This document shows positions 42,229 to 54,177 of a stretch of 64,000 nucleotides of DNA, one piece after another (within the stretch, counting starts at the first letter, position 1; each line of letters starts with the position of its first letter). A program made the translations under genes and the position numbers. Origin of the DNA: Octopus vulgaris (taxonomy: Eukaryota); NCBI GenBank assembly GCA_951406725.2, contig OX597818.1, positions 116,436,001 through 116,500,000 on the forward strand, read 5' to 3'. The notes under the pieces were generated by a model that saw only the letters and a program-made list of their open reading frames with translations, had not been told where the DNA came from and searched no databases.

Positions 42229-42480
42229 ATATCTATCTATCTATCTATCTATCTGTCTGTCTGTGTGTGTGTTTGTCTGTCTGTCTGTCTCTCTCTCTCT
42301 CAGTCTGTCTGTCTGTCTGCCTATCTGTCTGCCTATCTGTTTGTTTGTCTCTCTGTCTGTTTATATGATATTTCACACACACACACACACGGACGTATAC
42401 ATACACACGCTCACATATGCAGACACACAGACACACGCACACACACGCACACACACGCACACACACGCTCACGCACAAAC
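42058..42480. repeat. (TCTA)n/(TCTG)n/(CA)n compound microsatellite
   Basis: Direct reading. Confidence 0.92.
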
Positions 42481-42713
42481 GCTCTGCCTATTTGTCTTCG
42501 TATCAAAACGCTGGCCTCTTCCTTTCCAATATATATTTATATTTATCTTGGCAATAAATCAACAATACTTTATTATTTATTTAGAACGCAATATATTGTA
42601 TTTATGTAATTGTAAAAGCATGTATAACTGCCAACTTGCATGTGTGCCTATATAAATATATGCAGAAATCCATGCAGGTATATAAGTACATATCTAAACT
42701 TGTATTGCTGTGT

Positions 42714-42879
42714 ATAGGCGCAGGTTTGGCTGTGTGGTAAGAAGCTTGCTTCTCAACCACATGGTTCCGTATTCAGTCCCACAGCATGGCACCTCGGGCA
42801 TGTGTCTCCTGCTATAGCTTCGAGCTGATGAAAGGCTTATGAGTATATTTGGTAAATGGAAACTGAAATAAGCCCGTTG
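42714..42879 (+). mobile_element. SINE family B 5' part, diverged
   Basis: TATAGGCGCAGG..TGGCTGTGTGGTAAG head. Confidence 0.8.
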
Positions 42880-42913
42880 TATATATATATATATTGATAA
42901 AAATGGTAAGACA

Positions 42914-43006
<93 letters not shown>

Positions 43007-43035
43007 ATCTCTATGTATCTCCTTCACACACTCTC

Positions 43036-43112
<77 letters not shown>

Positions 43113-44444
43113 ATATACGCCACTAAAGTGAACAAGGGCACTAATCAGCACCAGTATTGCTAGAAATAAGAGTCAAAACAATCTTAATGAGCTGATAAGG
43201 GAGACAATCTCCCTGTCATCGTATGTAGAGCTTGTTCCTCCTTGTCATCTCATTAAAATGGTGAGTTGGATATTAATTTGGCTGTCAAAACTTAATCACC
43301 TTTCCATTATTTACTCTCGCCCAGTATTTTTCAGCCGATTTTTAATCCTTGTCGTTTGAAGTTACAATCTCGCAGAGTGTGATGAACTTGCCATTCGTCT
43401 GAGTTGCCAGGAGAACCGTTAGAAATGAAATTCATTTTTTTCAATCAGTGCATATATTTTCCGAAACCGATCGATCAATCGATTGCGAAGAGCACAAGCT
43501 CATGCACGAGCATGTATGTTTTCCATCGGCTAACGAGACAGCAACGGAGACCGAGCTTCCATAAAGTGCCGGCGAGCGGGCGGGTAGACGAGGTCGCCGG
43601 AAGGCGAGGACGGGCGAAGTGATGACGATGTCGTCGAGACAGATGCGAGGATTCCAAGCGTGCGAAAGAGCGAACGAACCAGATGCTGTCGGTTATGTGT
43701 ACAGAAGTGACAGACAAGTACGCACCCGATGCAAAATATGAATTTACTTTTCACATTTCTCTTCGTTCTATTTTCTACCAGGTATTATATACTTTATAAC
43801 CTCTTTTATGCCTTTACTCTTTTACCTATGTATCTGTTGTGTGTTATCGGAAAACCACAAATGATAGTTATTCGTGTAAATTTAAGAGGATAAAACATCC
43901 TCCGTTCACGAACACATCACATAAGTTTCACCTATGTTAAATCACTGGCAACTTCAACCTCTCTGCCATTCGGCTTTTTAAGATGACTAACTGTCATTAT
44001 AGAAAGATTTAGCTGTTATTTCTAATAGGCAAGCATCCGTGTAGTGGCCATATTTAATTGCTCGATTTCTCTTTCGCAGTGTATAGCATCTGCTTACCTG
44101 CTTATACAAAATACTATTTGTTTAGCAAAGAATTGTCCAACTATATAATAATGTATGAAACAGTATCTAATTATTGTCGAAAATTTCCATGTCTAGACTA
44201 GTTATAAAATGATGGATTAGCTATTTTCAGCTGTTTCACTGTATTTCGGTATGTTAATGAATTAACTGATAGTATTTGAAAGATAGAATTTAATTAAATA
44301 CAACTTTCTAGAAAATTTTCGATGTAACAGTCGCTTTTTTGAAATTTAGTACATTACACGCAATATTAAAGTTTATTACTGAGTAAGATGAGATAATGGA
44401 AGCCCGTATACTATACGAACTATATTGTAATAATTTATAGTAAA

Positions 44445-44523
44445 AATAATCTATTTTAATAATTTATTATTAATAATCTATTTTAATAATTTATTATTAA
44501 TAATCTATTTTAATAATTTATTA
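44445..44523. repeat. 27-bp AT-rich tandem repeat, about 3 copies
   Basis: AATAATCTATTTTAATAATTTATTATT at 44445, 44472 and 44499. Confidence 0.85.
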
Positions 44524-44646
44524 GTTTGCATATTACTATCCTTCATCTGGTATCGTTGTTTTGTTTAGTTACAAGGTCAGACTTGGTGGTATAGATCCAC
44601 CATCTAATGCCTACATCATGTGTGCTTTTTTCAGTCATGATATATA

Positions 44647-45224
44647 CATAGACATGCAAGAAGTAAATAGACACCTTTAATTTTCAAAATTTCTGATCTA
44701 AGCGTCTTGAAATGTTGTCAGCAGTGTAGAATTTACAATATAATTATTCATTTTCATTCCAGGTGCCAGTATATTAAACATTTGCGAAGAATAACAATGC
44801 TACGCACAAAAAATTCAGTAGAACTGTCAGATTTTCAAAGAGGTCGTATTGTTGGGTAATCTGAGGCTGGTCTTAGCCAGCGAAAAATTGCCGACAATCT
44901 TGAAATTCCTCTTGCTACTGTTACTAGAATTATAGTGCAATTCAAAAGCTAAGGAAAAGAATCAACAGATTCTCGTTCCGGCCGACCTAGACCCTCGGAA
45001 AGGAAGCTTCGCTGTTTGAAATGAATTGTGGAAAATGAACCCAGTTCGAAGGCTTCTGGCATTGCAAAACAGCTAGAAGTTAGTCCAAGAACGTGTGTTA
45101 CGTAACTGCATAAGCTTGGGTATTATGGACGAGCAGCTAGAAGAAAACCTCTCCTTCAACCAATTAATATCAAATAAAAGATTTTGAAAATTCAAGGTGT
45201 CTATTTCCTTCTTGCATGTCTGTG
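44647..45224 (+). mobile_element. Internally deleted Tc1-like transposon
   Basis: ~44-bp TIRs CATAGACATGCAAGAAGTAAATAGACACC.. / ..GGTGTCTATTTCCTTCTTGCATGTCTGTG; pseudo-ORF from 44797 ELSDFQRGRIVG*..SQRKIA..RSGRPR..ARRKPLL with 5 stops; DDE domain deleted. Confidence 0.92.
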
Positions 45225-45249
45225 CATATATATATTCGCCTTGATTCGC

Positions 45250-45440
45250 TAGCTTCTGCACGCATTTTTTTCTCTCCTTGTTTCTCTCCGTGTTTCTTTT
45301 CTGTGACTCTTTCTGTTGAAGAGCGTAGGCTCGAAACGTAAAAGACTTGTTTTATTTATATTCCTGAGCGCCATACTAATACAATTGTTTGTTTGTATTC
45401 CACCTGCCTTCGTCTTTTGTTTATTTTCATAAAGCTTCCC

Positions 45441-45441
<1 letters not shown>
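45250..45441 (+). mobile_element. Family H1 repeat
   Basis: Aligns with 27655-27823; 3' end abuts (TA)n. Confidence 0.8.
45308..45345 (+). ncRNA. Minimal type-I hammerhead-like fold with CUGUUGA core variant
   Basis: UCUUU-CUGUUGA-A-GAGC-GUAG-GCUC-GAAAC-GUA-AAAGA: perfect stems I and II, palindromic ACGU stem III. Confidence 0.65.
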
Positions 45442-45492
<51 letters not shown>

Positions 45493-46029
45493 ATATTATT
45501 GTATGCATAGGTTATAAAACTGTAGTGTAATATACGACGAGGATTTCATTGTTCATTTCTAGCAATTCTAGAGACTAGATGGTGGTTATCTGGTTGACTG
45601 TATGGTGTCGTCGTAGTTTTGCCATACTTATTTCCCATTTGGTGGACTAACTGAAATTATTTTATCTAATTCATCTTTAGATATTATACTCATGATACCT
45701 ATTACTTAGTTGCACACTTCCATTATGTTCTACGATTTTTTTCAAATGGTGTAATGTTTTCATTAATCAATTAATGGAGTTACTTGAAACGGCCGTAAGG
45801 AATCGACACCCGTGCATCTTTGTTAGTCATTTATATTTTATTCACCTAACAAGGAATCTGCCATTCGGAAATACTCTAGAAAGTACCTTCATAAAAAGTA
45901 CAGATCAGAATTACCAAGAACGGATATATTCACTTAGCTGGGATGCGTTGTCTGCACACACTACAAGAATATCAGGTACAAACACCCCTACATAAAGCCT
46001 TGATATTCAATATTCAATTAATATTCAAT

Positions 46030-46160
46030 ATTTACATTATTTACATCTGACGGATAATTGTCCTCATCTTGTTTGTTGTTAACACAATGTTTCGGCTGAT
46101 ATCCAACAAATGTAAATAATGTAAATAATGTTCATATTTCCTCATCTCTTAAATATAGGA
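46030..46160. mobile_element. Family H2 fragment: minus-strand HHR 3' half joined to a plus-strand tail
   Basis: Reverse complement ATATCAGCCGAAACATTGTGTTAACAACAAACAAGATGAGGAC matches 21774-21815; followed by AATGTAAATAATGTAAATAATG..CCTCATCTCTTAAATATAG. Confidence 0.75.
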
Positions 46161-47144
46161 TCAGTTAATGTAGTTTGGGTGTACAGATTATACCAATCTA
46201 GTAAGGCAATTAATATACTTGAATTAGTATGCTGATGTGTTGAGTAAAGCACTAGCACAGTTTGGGCTACCTGGTGTAATCGGCACTCGGAGTATATTTC
46301 TTTTGGCTCTACTCCAGGAATTCTGAAGTGTTAGTTGATGTAATAATAAGTAAACAGATGGAATTGCAATAACTCTTTATTTTGTATAAAATAAAGAGAT
46401 ATACCAGTTCCATGTTCTGTTTACTTAATCGATTACACACACACGCACAGACATACATTCATACATTTATGAATCCTTATGTGTATATATATATCTGTTT
46501 GTCTGTCTCCCTCTCTCTCTATATATATATAAAGATATATCTGTATATATAAAGATATCTATATCTATCAATCAATCTATCTAACTGTCTATATATATAT
46601 ATATATATATATATAGGGAGAGAGAGAGAGAGAGAAAGAGAGGGGGAGAAAGAAATGGATATATATAAAATGAGAGTGACATATACATACACATATACAT
46701 GTGTCCATGTATGAGTGTGTGTGTGTGTGTGTGTGTGCATAGGTCTATATGTGCGCATATGTGTATATGCGTTCGTATGTTTGATATCGATGATTGATTT
46801 AACAGTAGCAAATTTTACACTCAGGAAGCGATTTAAAAGTCATAACCATCAATTTAACATTGAAATCTCTCCTCTTTATTATTCTATATCTTTTATCATC
46901 TCTTATGTATTGCTTAGTGACTGATTGCTGGTTACCATACATATATTAGTTTTGATAAACTATAAGTACGCTGTTATTAATGTACATCTCTTAATATGCC
47001 ATTGAAATATAATATTCGTGCTATTAATGATAATATCGTACGAGTATTTATATCTTCATTATAAAATCGAAGAACACATATGTTCTTACTTCGTGGTGAA
47101 TCTTACACTTTGAATGTATCTATCACCCTCTTTCTCCCTTCCCC

Positions 47145-47232
<88 letters not shown>

Positions 47233-47689
47233 TTGCGTGTGTGTGTGTGTGTGTGTGTGCGTTTGTATGTGTGTGTAAAACGTTAAGTAATGCGTGCGTT
47301 ACAAAAATATTATTTTCAGGATTAAACAAATAAGATAACAAACGGAAAATTAGACATACCTACATATGTATAATTAAGAATAAACGTGTAGTAAATAAAC
47401 AAACGAACATATGCTAAATACACAGAAAACACAGGAGGTCATCAACTCCTCATCAGCTATCGACCAGGGGGTCAAACGCAATTTCGGCCATAATCGACAA
47501 TATTGCTTCCACTATGGAGGCACCGGCGACAAACTTGCTGGGAATGGGATCAAAATATAACAAAACAAGACAAACTCGAGATGAGGCCGTCAATGGACGG
47601 ACGAAGGGCAAAAAAAACAAAAAAAACAAAACAAAACAAAACAAAACAGAATAAAGGCTTAGGGTCCGACGAAGACAACAATTAATGAT

Positions 47690-47713
47690 AATAATATTAA
47701 TAGTAATAATGAT

Positions 47714-47760
<47 letters not shown>

Positions 47761-47805
47761 TAGTGATGAAGAGTCAAAAGAATTAGAGAAACGGCGGAAG
47801 TTAAC

Positions 47806-47844
<39 letters not shown>

Positions 47845-47848
47845 TATA

Positions 47849-47889
<41 letters not shown>

Positions 47890-47942
47890 GGAGAGGGAGA
47901 GAGCCATGTCTATGAATGCATGTATGTATGTATGTATGTATG

Positions 47943-47990
<48 letters not shown>

Positions 47991-48107
47991 TATATACATA
48001 GTATATATATTTATGTATGTATGTATGTATATGTGTATGTATGCATGCATGTATGTATGTATGTATGCATGTATATCTATATGTATATATATATATATAC
48101 ATGTATA

Positions 48108-48168
<61 letters not shown>

Positions 48169-48200
48169 GTATATATATTTATTATGTATGTATGCTTATA
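47690..48200. repeat. (AAT)n, (TA)n, (CA)n, (TATG)n compound block
   Basis: Direct reading. Confidence 0.9.
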
Positions 48201-49170
48201 TATTTGTATGTATAAAAGTGCGCGTGTATTCATATTTGTTTTTATGTCGTGGGGAACAGCCTTACATTAATCTGGAGGATAAACCAATACTTTTTAAAGT
48301 GTATATTTTTATTATCCTTTCACGAGAAATCTGTTGACAGTGTCCTTTAAATTTTGGCCTCCATCATAATTCGAAGTCACTGTCAACAAAATTCTTGTAA
48401 AAGAATAATTGTGATATATTTATTTGACGTAAAGTATTGACTACAATTATCTGCTATTTCTAAATCTAGTTAGCATGTTGCGGTCTCAGTTACATAACAT
48501 CTTATGAGAGTATCGATAATATTTAAGTGCCCAGTTGTCTGACGCAGATATATATTATAGTTTTCCTCTAATCTTTTATACATTGGAGTTGCTTATGTTA
48601 TTTCATACCATGCGCACTGCAGATATCTCGTAGCTTGATTTTTCGGAATGATAGTTGCTATACATATATATGTACAAATATTGATAGTCTTCATGTTACG
48701 GCATATTTCCATATGTTCTTCAACGATATCGTCAATATCGTTTAACATGTGCTTAGTTGTTGCTTCCACTATTCTTGTTAAAAATAGCAAGTTATTGAAC
48801 AATACTTTAGCGGTATTGGAAAAGTTATTTCCAAATCGTGGTTGTAAATTGTTTACTAGATATCTATATATTCCACAGACGTTTCTGTCAGATACTTTCA
48901 GTTGGAGATATATGAGTTGAATGATACTGACAGCAGGTTTTATGCTTCTATGTTAGATATTGACTTGTGCTGAGTATCATTAGAAACGAACGTTATAGAA
49001 GGTGGTACAAAATGTGCGATCAGGAGTAGCCAATGTCTAACATGTTCCGGCATAAAATATTTAAAATTAGTATATACTTCGTACCAATAATTTTCAAGAA
49101 AGTCGAAGGAAGATTTTTATGGGGATTTTGATAGCCGAACCGCTAAGTTACGGGGACATAAACATAACCA

Positions 49171-49223
<53 letters not shown>

Positions 49224-49229
49224 CATATA

Positions 49230-49460
49230 TTATACAAAATCCGTTCTGTCTGTGTGTGTGTCTTCTAGTATCTCGGGCATCCTCCATCCAATTGTGCTCA
49301 AATTTGATATGTAGATACCGACGGTATCAGGGCGTTTATATGTCTTGAAAAAATTACAAAAATCGATTTCAAGTGAGAAAGCGATTGATAAAGCCGTGGG
49401 AGCGTGCATTTGTACGCGCAAGTAGATCAGCTGTTGCGATCGATACAACGCGTACACGAG
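49230..49460 (+). mobile_element. Possible Helitron/Helentron-type non-autonomous 5' fragment
   Basis: TATACAAAA..TGTCTGTGTGTGTG..CATCCAATTGTGCTCAAATTTGATATG pattern; lies between two pieces of a SINE B (49134-49172 and 49545-49707). Confidence 0.4.
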
Positions 49461-49544
49461 AAAAAGTCTATATTTATTTCTTCTTTTGCTGGTGTCTCAA
49501 ATTTAGGTTAAATCAGTGTTTCTCAAAGGGATGGCCTATAGGAC

Positions 49545-49707
49545 AGGTTTCTTTTCATTTTCCGTCTACCAAATCCACTCACAAGGCTTTGGTCGGCCCG
49601 AGGCTATAGTAGAAGACACTTGCCCAAGGTGCCACTCAGTTGAACTGAACCCGGAACCATGTGGTTGGTAAGCAAGCTACTTACCACACAACCATTCCTG
49701 CGCCTAT
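49545..49707 (-). mobile_element. SINE family B 5' part
   Basis: Aligns to about 13520-13683. Confidence 0.88.
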
Positions 49708-49869
49708 ATCAGGTAATATTTTCTCTTTATCTTTTACTTGTTTCAGTCATTGAATTGTGGCTATGCTGCGCAAGCCCTGAAGGGTTTTAGCCAAAAAAGT
49801 AATCCTTAGTGGTTATTTCTTTTTTTAAAGTCCCGTACTTTAAGGGCTTCATTTGCCTAAGTGTTAATC

Positions 49870-50155
49870 CTTTCTACTATAGGCACAAGGCATGAATTTT
49901 TTTAGGGGAGAGGGCCAGTCGATTAGATTGATCCTAGTACGCAACTCGTACTTAATTTATCGATCTCGAAAAGGATGAAAGGCAAAGTCGACCTCTCCGG
50001 AATTTGAACTCAGCGGAGAAATACCGCTGAGTTCAAATTCCGCCGAGGTCTGCTTTATCTTTCACCATTTCAGGGTCGGTTGTGCACTGGGTTCGATCTA
50101 ATCGACTGGCCACCTCCCCACAAATTTTGGGCATTGTACTTAGAGTAGAAAATAA
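49870..50155. mobile_element. Two SINE A 3' portions fused head-to-head as a palindrome
   Basis: Perfect 19-bp stem CGGAATTTGAACTCAGCGG / CCGCTGAGTTCAAATTCCG with a 7-nt loop; imperfect arms of about 140 bp. Confidence 0.85.
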
Positions 50156-51442
50156 TATTGAGGGTAAATAAGCAGCCTAACAGCTGTCGTTAGGCGGAAT
50201 GGGTGAGGATGGGGGAACAAACAGACCCAAACACACACACTAACACACACATACACACGCACATATACACAGAAAATCACGCATACACAAATATAGGCGA
50301 CGAGATTCCATAGAGTGGAAGGCAGTTAACAAGGGTGCCGCGCAATTAGACTGAATTCAAAGACAAGTGGTTTACCATCAGAAAGTATACGTATCCATTA
50401 AAGAACTTCTGCATGCAAATGCTTCATTCGTGAAAAGCCAACTACGGAAATGCCACACTGGAGACTTCCGTGTTTCTATTAAAGCAGCGGAACGAAATAC
50501 TGGGAGCATGAGAATAGAAGGAGCTATCTTAATTAACAGGCTCAACTCCCAATGCTATATATTCTTTTCTTGAGTTTACATACAGTCGTGGTTTGCCGTT
50601 GTGTTCTATTGGTTTACTTACCAAAGGCAGCAAAGAAATAGGTGACACTCTAACAGTTTCTCTACTAGACGAAATCCGCACTGTTTGACTGAACACCTGA
50701 TTTGTATTTACGAAGCCCTGTGAACAATGTTCAACGAACCAGTCAGCACATCTGATATCTAAACGGCTTCTCGAATTGCAAACAATATTTTATAAAACAA
50801 TAACGCCGGAGCCTGTCCAAAAATGTCTTTATTACTTCTACATCTGTAATATCCAAAGTCTTTAACGATTTTATTTGTCGTCCTTGGAATAAAGCAACAA
50901 TTTAGTACAGCATGTTAAATGCTATACTGTCATATATGGCTGCAAAAGGTGACCACTGAAAAAGCGGGATACGATGACAAACAGCAAGAGAGGACAACTA
51001 ATTTTAACATGACAATTATTAATCACTGAACAGAGTTGAATAGCGTACTGCACTATTAAATACTTCAGGTAAACAAAGCAACTGAAAATTCTGATGTGAC
51101 ACATAATATATTTAATTAAAATAAAAATCATATTGCAATAAATTGGTAATAAACAGCAACTTTGGCATAAGTTAAAAGTAATGAACATTTCGGATATTAA
51201 ACAAAAAAATAATAATAATAATAATAATAACGAACGGTAAGCTGGTAGCGTCATTGTAAATCTTCTATTATATATATACCGGATGCATATTGAAGATGGA
51301 GTTAGTACAAAGAGAGAACCACTCTGAAGTATTAGCAGCAGGAATGGGAAATGTTTAGAAAAAGCAAAACTGGTTATTGTAGTATAAAAATATGTGCAAA
51401 CAAAAGAAATGTCTTTTCTAATATATGAGGAAAGAATAAATT

Positions 51443-51474
<32 letters not shown>

Positions 51475-52229
51475 AACATTAAAAAAATGGTTTCGTACAA
51501 GGATAAACCGATAAAAATGATTAAACAAGGGAAATAAAAAGTGGAATCTGTATTACGAAATGAGAAACGCAGAGGGAATTCCTCGGTTGTCAACAACCGG
51601 CATCATTCGACAGGGAGAAAATAAGCAAGTTTTAAAGCCAACAATGGCAGACTGACTCTGTAATAGAAGTAGAGAGGAATGTCTAGCCACACAATGCTGT
51701 AAAAAGATAATGAAAACAAGGCTGATATCAAAGTCAGAATTTTCTGCTAGTTCAATGAGCCTATTGAAGACACCATTTCCAGTTACAAAGTCCTTACAAA
51801 GTCGAATTGTAACCAAAAACACGACCGAACCGATAGTAATTACCATTTCGGTACATGCTGACTCCTCTGCATAACAGAGGATAAGAAATAATATAATCGC
51901 GCTCTAAATTCAATATATAATAATGACCTGGCCATACTGAACCAGGACATGCGGACTGGCAAGATCAAGTCAAACATTCTAGATATAATTATTAACGATG
52001 GAAGCTAAAATTGAGGGTCATCTTGAATCTGTTTATTCAAATTGATGTGAAGAAAACCGTCAAAAATCTCTCAGAATTCAACCACCTTGACAAGGAAATA
52101 AGCAACACGGAGCGAGATAGTAACAATGGTAAAGATAATAAGTAGCATTCGAGGTACGCTAAACAGCCTAAAATCACATTGCGCAATTTAGAAAACACAG
52201 AACTTACATTCTTAGTTGCTTTCAATATA

Positions 52230-52405
52230 CCGTATTTTAACGTGTATAAGAAACCCATTTTTGTCAAAAATTACGTTAAAAAAATATGGGAGTTTCTTAT
52301 ACATGGATAGTATTATAATCTTTTACAAAACCTTTTTTAATCCCCCACCAAAAAAATTAGGAGGCTCCTTATGCACGAGGGTTCTTTATACACGTTAAAA
52401 TACAG
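52230..52405. mobile_element. Tc1/mariner-superfamily MITE with pogo/Tc2-like CCGTA terminus
   Basis: TA-CCGTATTTTAACGTGTATAA ... TTATACACGTTAAAATACAG-TA. Confidence 0.8.
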
Positions 52406-52744
52406 TAATTCATTGCACAAATCACAAACTTTAGACAGTCATCTAATTTCAAAACACACAACAAAATGTACACAATCTATACAAAATACTGTACACAACT
52501 TGTATTGCACTTGTTGTCCACCACACACGAACGAAATGAAGAAAGAACAGCATAGACTATAGAAACCCCAACACAAAGCAAAATCGCTTTCTATAAACTG
52601 CGTATGTTTATACATGAAATGGTTGTAATCCTTTAAAATTCTCTATCGGTGGTATTAATTTTTCCTATCTGGCGTCAGACAGTTCGGACTAAAAGTTTTG
52701 ACGCCACCCCGCTGGCTAAGCAGGCAGGCCAATATTCCTTCCTG

Positions 52745-52860
52745 ATTGAGCAACATGAAATAAAGTGTTTTGCTCAAGAATACAGCGCACCACCCAGTCT
52801 GGAGATCGAACCCGCGATCTAGCGACCATAGATGTAACAGTCCAAACACCATGCCACGCA
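52745..52860 (-). mobile_element. CORE-like tRNA SINE fragment
   Basis: AAGTGTTTTGCTCAAGAATACAGCGC..GATCGAACCC (reverse-complement B box). Confidence 0.7.
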
Positions 52861-52879
52861 CATTATGCTTATAAATTTT

Positions 52880-53103
52880 TCTTTACTACTCACAAGAGAC
52901 TACACAGAGGGAACAAACAAGGACAGACAAACGGATTAAGTCGATTACATCGACCCCAGTGCGTAACTGGTACTTAATTTATCGACCACGAAAGGATGAA
53001 AGGCAAAGTCGACCTCGGCGGAATTTGAACTCAGAACGAAACGGCAGACGAAATACGGCTACGCATTTCGCCCGGCGTGCTAACGTTTCTGCCAGCTCGC
53101 CAC
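52880..53103 (-). mobile_element. SINE family A, full length, close to consensus
   Basis: Reverse complement of 2723-2958. Confidence 0.92.
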
Positions 53104-53835
53104 CTTCTTATGCTTATAGATATGCTAGTATATTAGAGTCTTCCTTACCTTCATTTTTGCATTATTGGATTATATTTTTTGTAGTTCTTGCAAAAAATAT
53201 ACAGGCTCCATTCTTAGCTCAAACGTTAACATGATTTACATAAGTCGATGGATGGCTTATGTTAAACTAATTTTACTTTTCTTTAAAAAGAAATATTTAT
53301 CTCATCTTTCACTAGACATACATCTTATGTAAGTCACTTATTATTTAGATTTGTTTTTTGTTAAAAATAATATGAAACAGCATTTGTATTTTATTTTAAC
53401 TTTGTTTTTCGTATGTGTAAAAAAAAACTTTACTGACTTACTCATCAGATATCTTTAAAATGTGATTAAATAAGTGGATAATTTCGAAGCCTCTAAATAT
53501 GTTGCTTCACGAAATACAGTCGTCGAGGAAACACAATATTTTAGATACTGACTGGCGACGTCTTGATAATTTGACAAAATTAAGCGATGGGAATGGTGGT
53601 GCAGATTTCAAAATTTAATGAAAATATTAGAAAAGACACTTGTACAGAAAAATCTTTCCCTCTTCACTGACTAAAAAGATGGTAATTATTTCTTTCATCT
53701 AATAAGGAGAGTACAGGAGCCAGCTTCTATAAATGGCTGAAGCGGGAAGACCAAAAATGGCTTGAAAGTCATAACATGCCGGCAGTAAAATAACATCACT
53801 AGGTGAGACAAGCTGACTGACAGACGACGGTTTCG

Positions 53836-54177
53836 TTTAGAGAATGCGTGGGCTAAGACGACGTGCCTTCATTGGTCAGTTAAAGTTGAGACAGTATCAC
53901 GTGACAACTTGCTGGGGCTTCCTGCTGGAGCCTAGCAGCAGGTATTTAAAGGGAAAAAATTTGACAAGGCAGTGAATCGCCCGCTGACACTCGTTGACGC
54001 TACATCGAAGAGGCCAGAGAACAGAAGAAAGAAGAAGAAAGAAGACATACATCCAAAACCAGAGCTGAAGAAACCTCCGAAAGGGGGGGGGGGTGCCACG
54101 TCAAAACGGTAGAGGAGTAGGGGCCAAAACCGGACGTGGTTCCTCCTGATGATGTCTTGAGCTAACTGGATCCTATA
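53836..54177 (+). mobile_element. ~340-bp dispersed repeat (LTR/pseudo-LTR-like), copy 2
   Basis: Aligns to the reverse complement of 10641-10986; ATTGG, TCACGTGAC and TATTTAAAGGG motifs in order. Confidence 0.8.

Noticed and set aside
43191-43218. CTGATAA-GGGAGA-caa-TCTCCC hairpin, and CTGATGA-GGAG..CTCC on the minus strand near 47434-47456
   Set aside because: Both lack the downstream GAAA box and stems I and III needed for a hammerhead.
44445-44523. Regular 27-bp repeats as a possible CRISPR array
   Set aside because: No spacers, eukaryotic context; a simple tandem duplication.
47430-47660. GC-richer patch with short open frames
   Set aside because: No recognisable domain or convincing splice sites; runs into an (AAAAC)n tract.
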